Assembly (NCBI GenBank): GCA_964247915.1
Contig: CAXTWM010000001.1
Coordinates: forward strand, 1 to 44,546
Origin: an uncultured Armatimonadales bacterium
Lineage (GTDB): Bacteria; Armatimonadota; Armatimonadia; Armatimonadales; Capsulimonadaceae
Direction of reading: 5' to 3'
Length of the DNA: 44,546 nucleotides
Below the pieces are notes generated by a model that saw only the letters and a program-made list of their open reading frames with translations, was not told where the DNA came from and made no database searches. Every line of letters starts with the position of its first letter. Within the stretch, counting starts at the first letter, position 1. The translations under genes were made by a program, and so were the position numbers. This document shows positions 33,020 through 41,431 of this stretch, piece after piece.

Positions 33020-34270
33020 ATGCCCAAACCTATCCGCCTCATGCACTTCGGCGACGTCCACTTCGGCGTCGAGAACTATGGCCGGTTCGACCCGCAGACC
33101 GGCCTGCCCTCCCGGCTCGTGGACTTCCGCAACGCCCTGTCGGAAGCCATCACCATTGCACTGGAGGCCGAGGTCGAGCTGGCCGTCTTCGCCGGGGATG
33201 CCTACAAAACGCGCGACCCGAACCAGACCCACCAGCGCGAGTTCGCCCAGTGCCTCGCTCGGCTGACGCGGGCGGGCGTACCCGTCGTCATGCTGGCGGG
33301 AAACCACGACATCCCGAACACGAAAGGCCGGGCCAACGCCATCGAGATCTTTGGCGAACTGGCGGGGGAGCGGCTGCGCGTTTTCGACCACCCGGACACA
33401 GCGATCTTGGAGACCAAGAACGGGGCGCGCGTCCAGATCGCCGCCATGCCGTACCTCATCAAGAGCCTCGTCCTGTCCCGCGAGGAGAACAAAGACCAGG
33501 GCGTCCAGGGGACCACGCAGCTCATCGTGGACCGGTACACGGCGGGCATCAATGGCCTGGCCGCCCTGTGCGACCCCGACCTGCCGACGATCTTGATGGG
33601 GCATTTCTCGGTCGCCAACGCCAAACTCAGCGCCAACCAGGTCGGCTACCTGACCAATGAGCCGGAAGTTCCATTGTCCGTGCTGACCCAGGCGCCGTTT
33701 GATTACGTCGCCCTGGGCCACATCCACCGCTACCAGGATTTGCACAAAGGCCGGCAGCCGCCCGTCGTCTACAGCGGCAGCATCGAGCGCATTGACTTCG
33801 GGGAGCGGTCCGAGGAGAAGGGCTTTGCCCTGGTGGACCTGGCGAAAAGGGCGAGCGAGGTCAAGCACGTCCGGGTCAAGACGCGGCCCTTCGTCGAGAT
33901 CGAGGTGGACGCGACCGAGGCGGGCGACGACCCGACTGAGACGATCTTAGCGGCCATCAAGAAGCAGCCCATCGAGGACGCCATCGTCAAGATGGCCTAC
34001 AAGATCAAGTCCGAGCAGCAGGCGGCCCTGCGCGAGACCGACATCCGCGCCGCCCTGAACCCCAGCTTCCTGACCGTCTCCATTCATAAAGAGGTCGTCC
34101 GCGACACCGATGCCGTCCGCTCCAAGCTGCTCACCGAAACGCTCGACCCCCTGGGCGCCCTCGCCATCTACTGCGAGACGCGGGAAACGCTGCGCCCGCG
34201 TAAGGAAGAACTCGTCGCCCGCGCCGAGCCGCTGCTGCGCGAACTCGAAGCCGAAGAGGCGCTGAAATAA
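33020..34270 (+). CDS. sbcD: Mre11/SbcD-family nuclease (exonuclease SbcCD subunit D)
   Basis: Calcineurin-like phosphoesterase motifs HFGDVHFG, GDAYKTRDP, LAGNHD, MGHFSV and ALGHIH. AGGAGA lies upstream of the ATG at 33020. Confidence 0.85.
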   Translation: MPKPIRLMHFGDVHFGVENYGRFDPQTGLPSRLVDFRNALSEAITIALEAEVELAVFAGDAYKTRDPNQTHQREFAQCLARLTRAGVPVVMLAGNHDIPNTKGRANAIEIFGELAGERLRVFDHPDTAILETKNGARVQIAAMPYLIKSLVLSREENKDQGVQGTTQLIVDRYTAGINGLAALCDPDLPTILMGHFSVANAKLSANQVGYLTNEPEVPLSVLTQAPFDYVALGHIHRYQDLHKGRQPPVVYSGSIERIDFGERSEEKGFALVDLAKRASEVKHVRVKTRPFVEIEVDATEAGDDPTETILAAIKKQPIEDAIVKMAYKIKSEQQAALRETDIRAALNPSFLTVSIHKEVVRDTDAVRSKLLTETLDPLGALAIYCETRETLRPRKEELVARAEPLLRELEAEEALK

Positions 34271-34272
34271 AA

Positions 34273-34298
34273 AGGGGCGCGGCCCCTGCCGCGCCCCT
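34273..34298. terminator. Bidirectional terminator between sbcD and leuD
   Basis: AGGGGCGCGG-cccctg-CCGCGCCCCT gives a 10-bp stem. AATAAAA lies on one side and CTCTTGCTT on the other. Confidence 0.7.
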
Positions 34299-34318
34299 CT
34301 TGCTTCCAGCGGTAGCCG

Positions 34319-34933
34319 TTATGCTGCCGCCGCGCCGCACGCCCACGCGGGCCGCTTCGCTTCATACGCCGTGATGTCCGGCTCGTGTTGCAAGGTCAGT
34401 CCGATGTCGTCCAGGCCGTTCAGCAGGCAGTAGCGGCGGAACGAGTCCACCTCGAACGGCATTGAGAAGCCTTGAGTGTCCGACACAGTCAGGTTCTCTA
34501 GGTCCACCGTCATCTGGTAGCCCGGCGTCTTCGCCCGCGCCAAGAGCATCGTGATGGTTTCCTCCGGCAGCGTGACCGGCAGCATCCCGTTCTTGAAGCA
34601 GTTGTTGTAAAAGATGTCCGCATAGGACGGCGCCAGGATCGCCCGGAACCCATAGTCCTCCAGCGCCCACGGCGCGTGCTCGCGCGACGACCCGCAGCCG
34701 AAGTTCTTGCCGGTGATGAGAATCGTCGCGCCCTGATACTGCGGCTGGTTCAGCTCAAACTCTGGGTTCGTCGTCTCGCCGTCGCCCTCGTAGCGCCAGT
34801 CGAAGAACAGGAACCGCCCAAAGCCCGTGCGCTCGATGCGCTTCAGGAACTGCTTCGGGATGATCTGGTCGGTGTCCGCGTTGACCCGGTCCAGCGGGGC
34901 CGCGAGGCCGGTCAATTTCGTGAATGGTTCCAT
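34319..34933 (-). CDS. leuD: 3-isopropylmalate dehydratase small subunit
   Basis: From the ATG at 34933: [33 protein letters not shown]...[17 protein letters not shown]. Confidence 0.9.
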   Translation of the reverse strand: MEPFTKLTGLAAPLDRVNADTDQIIPKQFLKRIERTGFGRFLFFDWRYEGDGETTNPEFELNQPQYQGATILITGKNFGCGSSREHAPWALEDYGFRAILAPSYADIFYNNCFKNGMLPVTLPEETITMLLARAKTPGYQMTVDLENLTVSDTQGFSMPFEVDSFRRYCLLNGLDDIGLTLQHEPDITAYEAKRPAWACGAAAA

Positions 34934-34943
34934 GTTACGACGG

Positions 34944-35564
34944 TTACTCCTGTGAAAATATGTTGCCCACCGGCACGAGGAGGCCGGGGAAGACTCGGGA
35001 CGCGGCAGTGTCACCCTGCCCGTAAACATTCGCACTGTCGCCTTGCTCCGCCGAGAGGCGCATGACCTCAACCGTCTGGTCGCCGGACCGGACGATCCAG
35101 ACTTCCCGCACGTCCACCGCCCGATAGTCCGCGACCTTCGCGGCCAGCACGGAGGCCGTGTCGGACGGCGAGACGATCTCCACCACTAGCTCCGGCGCGG
35201 GCGACAGCGGGGCGTACTCGTCCGAAGGCGCATTCTGCCCCAAGCGCTCACGGCTGATGAACAGCAGGTCCGGCTGGCGGCTGCGGAGTGGCTGATAGGT
35301 AATCTCCACGTCGCAGGGAGCGATGACGGCCTCCCCTCGTCCCGACGCCTGCTCATAATCCTGAAAGCGGCGGAGGAGACGGCCGAGTATCCGCTGATGT
35401 CTGCGTGTCGGGCTGGGCAACAGATTGTCTCCATACAAACGATAGACCTTCCATCCGTCGAGGATGTCATAGCGAGCCATCTCCTCCGGCCCGCTGATGT
35501 ATTCCTCGTAGGTCATCGGGCGCGTGATGCCCGGAACGTCCGCTTTCGGCTCGGCAACGGCCAT
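34944..35564 (-). CDS. Uma2-family (DUF820) putative endonuclease
   Basis: [21 protein letters not shown]...RHQRILGRL...[12 protein letters not shown]...[16 protein letters not shown]. The ATG at 35564 is preceded by AAGGAGAAGG. Its GC is host-like. Confidence 0.8.
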   Translation of the reverse strand: MAVAEPKADVPGITRPMTYEEYISGPEEMARYDILDGWKVYRLYGDNLLPSPTRRHQRILGRLLRRFQDYEQASGRGEAVIAPCDVEITYQPLRSRQPDLLFISRERLGQNAPSDEYAPLSPAPELVVEIVSPSDTASVLAAKVADYRAVDVREVWIVRSGDQTVEVMRLSAEQGDSANVYGQGDTAASRVFPGLLVPVGNIFSQE

Positions 35565-35572
35565 CTGCCTTC

Positions 35573-35591
35573 TCCTTTCAGTTCTTCTCCC
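35573..35591. repeat. Left copy of direct repeat TCCTTTCAGTTCTTCTCCC (orphan copy of the leuC 3' end)
   Basis: The 12-bp core AGTTCTTCTCCC (35580-35591) is identical to 36746-36757. On the minus strand it reads ...GAG AAG AAC TGA (E-K-N-stop), mirroring the real leuC terminus. Confidence 0.7.
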
Positions 35592-35610
35592 TGCCCACAA
35601 TGCTTATGTG

Positions 35611-36282
35611 CTACTTCAGCCCTTTGACTTCAGCCAGAATGCTTTTCGTGATGCGGGTTGACCTGTCTAATAAATCCGCGTCTACCGATCCGGCGAAGCC
35701 ATGCACTGCGGTGTTTCGGACCGGCAGCAATTGGCTCAGAATGTCGCAATCTTCCGGGTCCATAAGACCATAGGCAACGCCTTGTTTGATGATTGCCGCC
35801 GGTGCGTTGTTGATAAAGCTGGCCGGAATGCGCTCCAGCCCGATCCGAAGGCTTGCTTCTAATGCTGACCAGAGCAGGATGACCGCTGCCGGTGAGTCGC
35901 CAATGGAAGCCAGATACTTGCTGTTATTGATGCGCTCTTCGATCTTCTGGATTGGAATTGTAGGCTGCTTTGACTCGGCTGAAAGCGTCCCATTTTCGGG
36001 CGTCTCCGGGGAGTTACTAAGAACTAGTTCCAGCCTCCAACCGGGGTGGCGCTCTACGGACTTTGCTAATTCTTCTAGAGTTCGGGACCGTGCGACCTGG
36101 CCGTAAGATTGCACTTCTACAACAACGGCCTCTGCCCCATTCTTAGCTAAAAGATCGGGCTTGAAGCCCTGTAGAAACTCCGGGAGCTGTCCGGCATCGG
36201 GTTCCTCCACGACCTGATAGCCGCGCTGCCTGTACCGATGCGCTATGGCAGCGACGCGCTCCTGATGAAATGCCGTTTGCAT
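35611..36282 (-). CDS. Two-domain protein: N-terminal PD-(D/E)xK-like nuclease fold, C-terminal HEPN-like domain (Rx4H)
   Basis: The N-terminus YQVVEEPD...FKPDLLAKNGAEAVVVEVQS follows the E...PD...ExK pattern, with Q in the K position. The C-terminus is helical with LLWSALEASLR and LPVRNTAVHGF, which fits the HEPN R-x4-6-H signature. 223 aa, low GC. Confidence 0.5.
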   Translation of the reverse strand: MQTAFHQERVAAIAHRYRQRGYQVVEEPDAGQLPEFLQGFKPDLLAKNGAEAVVVEVQSYGQVARSRTLEELAKSVERHPGWRLELVLSNSPETPENGTLSAESKQPTIPIQKIEERINNSKYLASIGDSPAAVILLWSALEASLRIGLERIPASFINNAPAAIIKQGVAYGLMDPEDCDILSQLLPVRNTAVHGFAGSVDADLLDRSTRITKSILAEVKGLK

Positions 36283-36319
36283 GCTTGCTGCTCCTGTTCA
36301 GGACTCAAGACGTTGTATG

Positions 36320-36706
36320 CTATTCCCACTGGACGAGGACGTGCAGGAAGTCGCTTTTTGATCGGAAGGCAGATGCCAGCACGGAAAAACTAATCTCGAT
36401 CACCGCTTCAGGACTCAGAACATCAATTTTCCGGCAGGTGACACTGACCACCTGCTTGTCATCAGCGTAGACAAGCCCCTTTAACTGATCCAGGACCGGC
36501 TTAATGATGTTATCCACATCCATGAGGTCTGATGTGTAGAAGTATGTGAGTATCACGCCGACGGGAGCAGTGAGCGGGGGGTTGTTTCCAGGCCAGCGAT
36601 TAACAGCAGCCCGTCTCAGATCCCGTTTATAGTTCTCGATGCGGCTTCTGTTCTGCGTTTGCACCGTGCAAGGAACCCCAAGACGTACAAACTCAAATGT
36701 CAGCAT
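36320..36706 (-). CDS. RusA-like Holliday-junction resolvase family protein
   Basis: SDLMDVDNIIKPVLDQLKGLVYADDKQVV matches the RusA core D-x-D-N-x2-K-x3-D-x-L...DD-x-Q-V-V (E. coli RusA: [26 protein letters not shown]). The size (128 aa) and the N-terminal beta-strand pattern (FEFVRLGVP) also fit. Confidence 0.65.
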   Translation of the reverse strand: MLTFEFVRLGVPCTVQTQNRSRIENYKRDLRRAAVNRWPGNNPPLTAPVGVILTYFYTSDLMDVDNIIKPVLDQLKGLVYADDKQVVSVTCRKIDVLSPEAVIEISFSVLASAFRSKSDFLHVLVQWE

Positions 36707-36740
36707 GGTGTGGCTGCTCTATTCGCCTTGCTGCGTTGTG

Positions 36741-36757
36741 TCCTTAGTTCTTCTCCC
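36741..36757. repeat. Right copy of direct repeat TCCTTAGTTCTTCTCCC (contains the genuine leuC stop codon)
   Basis: The minus strand reads ...GAG TGG GAG AAG AAC TAA GGA. It matches 35573-35591 apart from a 2-nt indel. Confidence 0.7.
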
Positions 36758-38150
36758 ACTCCCGGATGTCCACGAGATGACCCTCGATGGCGGCGGCGGC
36801 GGCCATCTGGGGGCTAACGAGGTGGGTGCGCCCGCCCTTGCCCTGGCGGCCCTCAAAGTTGCGGTTGGAGGTGGACGCGCAGCGCTCACCGGGCTGCAAG
36901 ATGTCCGGGTTCATGCCCAGGCACATGGAGCAGCCGGCCTCGCGCCAGTCAAAGCCCGCGTCTTTGAAGACCCGGTCCAGGCCCTCGGCCTCGGCCTGGA
37001 GCTTGACCTGGACGGAGCCGGGGACGACCAGGGCGCGCAGGCCCGCGCGGACCGTGTGGCCCTTCAGGACGGACGCGGCGGCGCGCAGGTCCTCGATGCG
37101 CCCATTCGTACAGGAGCCGATGAAGACGGTATCGAGTTCGATCCCGCGAATCGGGACGCCCGCGTCCAGCCCCATGTACTCCAAAGCGCGCTCGGCGGCC
37201 CGGCGGTCGGCGGGGTCGGCGTAGTCGTCGGGGGAGGGGACCGCCGCCGTGATCGGGACGACCATGCCGGGGCTGGTGCCCCACGAGACGTGCGGGGCGA
37301 TCTCGCTCGCGTCCAACTCGACCACGGTGTCATAGGACGCGCCTGCGTCGGTCGGCAGTTCGCGCCAGGCGGCGACGGCCTCCTCCCAGGCATCGCCCGC
37401 CGGGGCGGACGGCTTGCCCTGGATGTAGGCGAACGTCTTCTCGTCCGGGGCAATCATGCCCGCCCGCGCGCCCGCCTCGATGCTCATGTTGCAGACCGTC
37501 ATCCGGCCCTCCATCGAGAGCGACCGGATGGCTTCGCCGGTGTATTCCACGACATAGCCCGTGGCGCCGTCGGTTCCGATCTTGCCGATGATGGCGAGGA
37601 CCATGTCTTTGGCCGTCACCCCCAGGCCGAGCGACCCGTTGACGCGGATCTCCATCGTCCTGGGCCGCGACTGCGGCAGGCACTGGGTCGCCAGGACGTG
37701 CTCCACCTCGCTCGTCCCGATGCCGAAGGCCAGCGCGCCGAACGCGCCGTGCGTGCTGGTGTGGCTGTCGCCGCACACGATGGTCATGCCGGGCTGGGTC
37801 AGGCCGAGTTCCGGGCCGATGACGTGGACAATGCCCTGGCGCTGGGAATGGATGTCGTAGAGCGTGACACCGAACTCGCGGCAGTTCTCCGACAGCGCCT
37901 CCATCTGCTTTTTGGAGATCTGGTCCACGATGGGCAGCGAGCGGTCCGTCGTCGGGACGTTGTGGTCCATCGTGGCGACGGTCAGGTCGGGCCGGCGCAC
38001 CTTGCGCCCGGTCAGCCGCAGGCCCTCGAACGCCTGCGGCGAGGTCACCTCATGGACCAGGTGCAGGTCCACATACAGCAGTGCGGGCTGGCCCGCCTCT
38101 TCGCCGACGACGTGGGCGTCCCAGATCTTCTCGAACATTGTTTTGGGCAT
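36744..38150 (-). CDS. leuC: 3-isopropylmalate dehydratase large subunit
   Basis: Aconitase-family motifs [25 protein letters not shown] and CSMCLGMN. 468 aa. Confidence 0.95.
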   Translation of the reverse strand: MPKTMFEKIWDAHVVGEEAGQPALLYVDLHLVHEVTSPQAFEGLRLTGRKVRRPDLTVATMDHNVPTTDRSLPIVDQISKKQMEALSENCREFGVTLYDIHSQRQGIVHVIGPELGLTQPGMTIVCGDSHTSTHGAFGALAFGIGTSEVEHVLATQCLPQSRPRTMEIRVNGSLGLGVTAKDMVLAIIGKIGTDGATGYVVEYTGEAIRSLSMEGRMTVCNMSIEAGARAGMIAPDEKTFAYIQGKPSAPAGDAWEEAVAAWRELPTDAGASYDTVVELDASEIAPHVSWGTSPGMVVPITAAVPSPDDYADPADRRAAERALEYMGLDAGVPIRGIELDTVFIGSCTNGRIEDLRAAASVLKGHTVRAGLRALVVPGSVQVKLQAEAEGLDRVFKDAGFDWREAGCSMCLGMNPDILQPGERCASTSNRNFEGRQGKGGRTHLVSPQMAAAAAIEGHLVDIREWEKN

Positions 38151-38163
38151 GAAATCTATCTCC

Positions 38164-38982
38164 TCAGAAAGTCAGCGTCTGGTCAACGCGCATCACGGTC
38201 ATCTGCGCCTTTGACCCGTTCCTCTTCAGGGCGTCGCCGAACTCGGCGGGCGTCCCCGTCAGAATGGGGAAGGTGCCGTAGTGCATGGGGATGACGACGC
38301 GCGGGCCGACGGTCTTCACGGCGTCGGCGGCGCGGACCGGCCCCATCGTGTAGTGGTCGCCGATGCAGCACAGCATGACGTCTATCTTGTGCGCCCTGGG
38401 GATCAGCGCCATGTCGGCGAACTCATCCGTGTCGCCCGTGTCATAGATCGTCGGACCGCCCGCGACCGTGATGACAAACCCGCCGGGGTTGCCGCCGTTG
38501 TGCGGGTTCGTGTCCGCACTGCCGGGAGGGGGCGAGACCGCCGATGAGTGGACGGCGGGGACGAACAGCACCTTGACCTCGCCGCTGAGCAAGGACAATT
38601 CGCCGCCGAAGTTCCCCTGCGTGTCCATGCCCGCCTGCGCCTTCGGGTAGCCGCCGTAGGCGACTAGGGCGTCGGCGAGGTCCCCCGTCGCGACCAGCTT
38701 GGCCCCGGTCTTGTTGGCGATGGCGACCGAGTCGCCGACGTGATCAAAATGGCCGTGCGTGATCAGAATGAGGTCGGCCCGTGTGATCGCGGCGAGGTCT
38801 GAGGCCCCGTTCTTGTTGGCCGGGTTGGTGATCCAGGGGTCCAGCAGGACGACCTTGCCGGAGGGCGTCGTGATCTTGAAGGCCGAGTGGCCGTACCAGG
38901 TGAGCTGAGTCGGAGCGGCCTGGACGGCGGAGGCAGCCAGCAGGGACAGCAGCAGGGTGAAAGCAAGGAAACGTGCGCGCAT
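38164..38982 (-). CDS. Metallo-beta-lactamase-fold hydrolase with signal peptide
   Basis: From the ATG at 38982: [22 protein letters not shown], then WYGHSAFKI...[13 protein letters not shown]. The track ORF extends further upstream without support. Confidence 0.8.
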   Translation of the reverse strand: MRARFLAFTLLLSLLAASAVQAAPTQLTWYGHSAFKITTPSGKVVLLDPWITNPANKNGASDLAAITRADLILITHGHFDHVGDSVAIANKTGAKLVATGDLADALVAYGGYPKAQAGMDTQGNFGGELSLLSGEVKVLFVPAVHSSAVSPPPGSADTNPHNGGNPGGFVITVAGGPTIYDTGDTDEFADMALIPRAHKIDVMLCCIGDHYTMGPVRAADAVKTVGPRVVIPMHYGTFPILTGTPAEFGDALKRNGSKAQMTVMRVDQTLTF

Positions 38983-39035
38983 TAGGGTGAATGCCTTTCT
39001 AAAACTCCCGCTATTATACCCGCTCACGGTATCTC

Positions 39036-39833
39036 TCATGGTTTCACGGCCTTCAGCGCGACGCGCTGCCAGGTGAAGACGGTCTCGCCGTCTGCCTGCG
39101 TCCCGATTTGGAACGCCGACTTCGCGCTCTGGGGCGCGTCGGCAAAACGGCGGCGGACTTCCTCGCCCTGGCCGGGCGTGCAGCCCGCTTTGGTGATCCA
39201 GTCGGAGAGGGGGATGGTGATGCCGCCCCCGCCGCTGCCGCACTCGCTCACGGTCAGCCCCACTGCCTCGGTCATCGCCCGCCACTCGCTCGGCGTGTGA
39301 TTGCGGACGTGGGACGGGTCGCGGACGGCCTCGACCTCGTTCTGCCACTGCGCCGCTTCGGGCGCGTCGTCGGGAACGGTCGTGTCCACCAGGGCGAGCC
39401 GACCGCCCGGTTTCAGGACGCGGGCCGCTTCCGCCAGGAACTTTTCGATGTCCAGGAAGTGATGCGGCGCGATCCGGCAGGTCACGATGTCAAAACTGCC
39501 GTCCGCGAACGGCAGCGACTCCGCTGCGCCTTCCTGGAAGACGGCGTTGGCGATTCGGCGTTCTCCTGCCTGCCGACGCGCCTGCTCCAGCATTCCCGAA
39601 GAAACGTCCAGCCCGATCACGGTCCCGACGTGCGGGGCGAAGGCGAGGGCCGTGAAGCCCGTGCCGGTCGCCACATCCAGCACGAAGTCCCCGGCGCGCG
39701 GGGCGGCGTGATCGAGCAGCCAGCCCAGCGTTTCCTCGCTCCAGGTGTTCCACTGCCGGTCGTAATGCGCGGCCTGCCTGTCGAACTGTTCTTTCGCCGA
39801 GCGCGCGGGCGCCGTCGTCATGGTATCGCTCAT
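39036..39833 (-). CDS. Class I SAM-dependent methyltransferase
   Basis: Motif I VLDVATGTGFTA, and post-I/II ...GLDVSSGML...FDIVTCRIAPHHF (Methyltransf_11-like). Confidence 0.85.
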   Translation of the reverse strand: MSDTMTTAPARSAKEQFDRQAAHYDRQWNTWSEETLGWLLDHAAPRAGDFVLDVATGTGFTALAFAPHVGTVIGLDVSSGMLEQARRQAGERRIANAVFQEGAAESLPFADGSFDIVTCRIAPHHFLDIEKFLAEAARVLKPGGRLALVDTTVPDDAPEAAQWQNEVEAVRDPSHVRNHTPSEWRAMTEAVGLTVSECGSGGGGITIPLSDWITKAGCTPGQGEEVRRRFADAPQSAKSAFQIGTQADGETVFTWQRVALKAVKP

Positions 39834-39864
39834 GTCAGCCTCCTGAACTCGGTCGTGATATGGC

Positions 39865-39879
39865 TATTATGCGCTATAA
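39865..39879. promoter_or_regulatory. Inverted repeat ATTAT-N5-ATAAT (LysR-type T-N11-A-like box) that includes a TATAAT hexamer
   Basis: Read directly in the 96-bp divergent spacer between the methyltransferase and LysR genes. Confidence 0.4.
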
Positions 39880-39929
39880 TCGCCTGTGTGTCCAATATAT
39901 CTTTGTCGCATGATCAAGAGGCCGTGGAT

Positions 39930-40826
39930 ATGGAACTGAGGCATCTGCGCTACTTCGTGGCCGTGGCCGAGGAACTGCATTTTGGCCGCGCCGCCGCGCG
40001 GCTGTTCATCGCCCAGCCGCCGCTCAGTCAGCAGATTCAGCAGCTAGAGCGCGAATTGGGCGTGACGCTGTTCGGGCGGACCAGCCGCCGGGTGCAGCTC
40101 ACCCCTGCCGGTGAGGTCTTTTTGGTGGGCGCTCGTCAGACGCTGGCGGCTCTCGACGCCGCCGTCCAATCCGCGCAGCGGGCGGCGCGCGGCGAGACCG
40201 GCTGGCTCGGCATCGGATTCGCCGCGTCGGCCACTTACGACCTGCTGCCCGCCACCCTGCACGACTTCCGGGCGCGGTTCCCCGACGTCCACCTGTCGCT
40301 GGTGGAACTTAACGCCGCCGAGCAGTCCGTCGCGCTGCGCGACCGCAGCATCCACGTCGGCTTCGCCCGGCCCCACGCGGAAGAGGCCGATGTTTCAGTC
40401 GAGGCCGTCCTGCGCGAGCCGTTCCTGGTGGCTCTGCCCGCCGCCCACCCGCTGGCATCCCAGCCGTCGTTGTCGCTGCCGATGCTGGCTGAAGAGCCGT
40501 TCGTCTCGTTCCCCGAACGGCCGCTGCCCTCCTACGCCCAGGCCGTCCGCGCGGTCTGTGAGGGGGCGGGGTTCGCGCCGCGCGTCGTCCAGGAGGTGCG
40601 CGAGATGCAGACGGCGATCAGCCTAGTGGCGGCGGGCCTGGGGATCGCCCTGCTGCCCGCCAGCGTCCAGCATCTGCACCGTGACGGCGTCGTCTACCGC
40701 CCCCTGCCGGACTCAGCCCCGCGCACAGAGCTAGCGGTGGTCTCGCGCAAAGAGGACGCCTCCCCCATCCTGCAAAACTTCCTCGCCATCGTCCGGGAGC
40801 AGGTCCGGCAGCGCGACGGCGGTTGA
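39930..40826 (+). CDS. LysR-family transcriptional regulator
   Basis: From the ATG at 39930: MELRHLRYFVAVAEELHFGRAAARLFIAQPPLSQQIQQLERELG (wHTH), followed by a LysR substrate-binding domain. AAGAGG lies upstream. Confidence 0.9.
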   Translation: MELRHLRYFVAVAEELHFGRAAARLFIAQPPLSQQIQQLERELGVTLFGRTSRRVQLTPAGEVFLVGARQTLAALDAAVQSAQRAARGETGWLGIGFAASATYDLLPATLHDFRARFPDVHLSLVELNAAEQSVALRDRSIHVGFARPHAEEADVSVEAVLREPFLVALPAAHPLASQPSLSLPMLAEEPFVSFPERPLPSYAQAVRAVCEGAGFAPRVVQEVREMQTAISLVAAGLGIALLPASVQHLHRDGVVYRPLPDSAPRTELAVVSRKEDASPILQNFLAIVREQVRQRDGG

Positions 40827-40851
40827 CACCCGCCCCGACCTGTGCCATACT
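40823..40851 (+). promoter_or_regulatory. Candidate promoter TTGACA-N17-CATACT for parDE
   Basis: TTGACA at 40823-40828 overlaps the lysR-family stop. CATACT is at 40846-40851, about 20 nt before the ATG at 40872. Confidence 0.35.
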
Positions 40852-40871
40852 AAATGAGGAGTGAACCGAAC

Positions 40872-41141
40872 ATGATGACCATTGCCTTGCCTTCGGAACT
40901 GGAAGAACTGGTGAACGCCAAAATTCAGAGCGGACAGTACCACTCCGCTGGTGAGGTCATCCGCGAAGGGCTGCGTCTGCTGGAAGAAAAAGACATGCTC
41001 CGGCAGATCAAGCTCGAACAACTCCGCAAAGACCTTGCGGTCGCGGTGGAAGCCGAGGAGCGGGGCGAAGTGGCTCCGCTGGACATAGAAGCCATCATCA
41101 GGGAAGGCAAGCGTCGCTTGGCAATGCGGGAGCCGAAGTAA
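40872..41141 (+). CDS. parD: ParD-family (COG3609/CC2985-type) antitoxin
   Basis: MMTIALPSELEELVNAKIQSGQYHSAGEVIREGLRLLEEK is a ribbon-helix-helix antitoxin pattern. AGGAG lies 10 nt upstream of the ATG at 40872. Confidence 0.8.
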   Translation: MMTIALPSELEELVNAKIQSGQYHSAGEVIREGLRLLEEKDMLRQIKLEQLRKDLAVAVEAEERGEVAPLDIEAIIREGKRRLAMREPK

Positions 41142-41431
41142 TGGCACAAGTGCAGCGGACGCGGCCGGCGGAAATAGACCTACTGGAGATCTGGACCTAC
41201 ATTGCGGAGGACAGTGCCGAGGCTGCGGAAGAAGTCCTGCGCTCCATCGCTCAGAAGTGCCGGGACTGCGCGGAATTTCCAGGCATGGGCCGCCGACGCG
41301 ATGAGCTTTCGCCCGGTCTGCGTAGCGTGGTTCAGGGAAGCTATATTATCTTCTATCGGCCTTTAGAAGATGGCATTCGTCTCATGCGCGTCGTTCATGG
41401 GGCGAGAGACCTGCCGAGCCTGTTTGACTGA
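41141..41431 (+). CDS. parE: RelE/ParE-family toxin
   Basis: The 96-aa protein shows ...DLLEIWTYIAEDS...FPGMGRRRDELSPGLRSVVQGSYIIFYRPLEDGIRLMRVVHGARD. Its start overlaps the parD stop (TAATG). Confidence 0.85.
   Translation: MAQVQRTRPAEIDLLEIWTYIAEDSAEAAEEVLRSIAQKCRDCAEFPGMGRRRDELSPGLRSVVQGSYIIFYRPLEDGIRLMRVVHGARDLPSLFD

Larger units (their letters stand above)
35592..36740 (-). mobile_element. About 1.15 kb low-GC two-gene cassette inserted at the 3' end of leuC (no integrase)
   Basis: It is AT-richer than both flanks, bounded by the direct repeats at 35573-35591 and 36741-36757, and interrupts the normally adjacent leuC-leuD pair. Confidence 0.45.
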
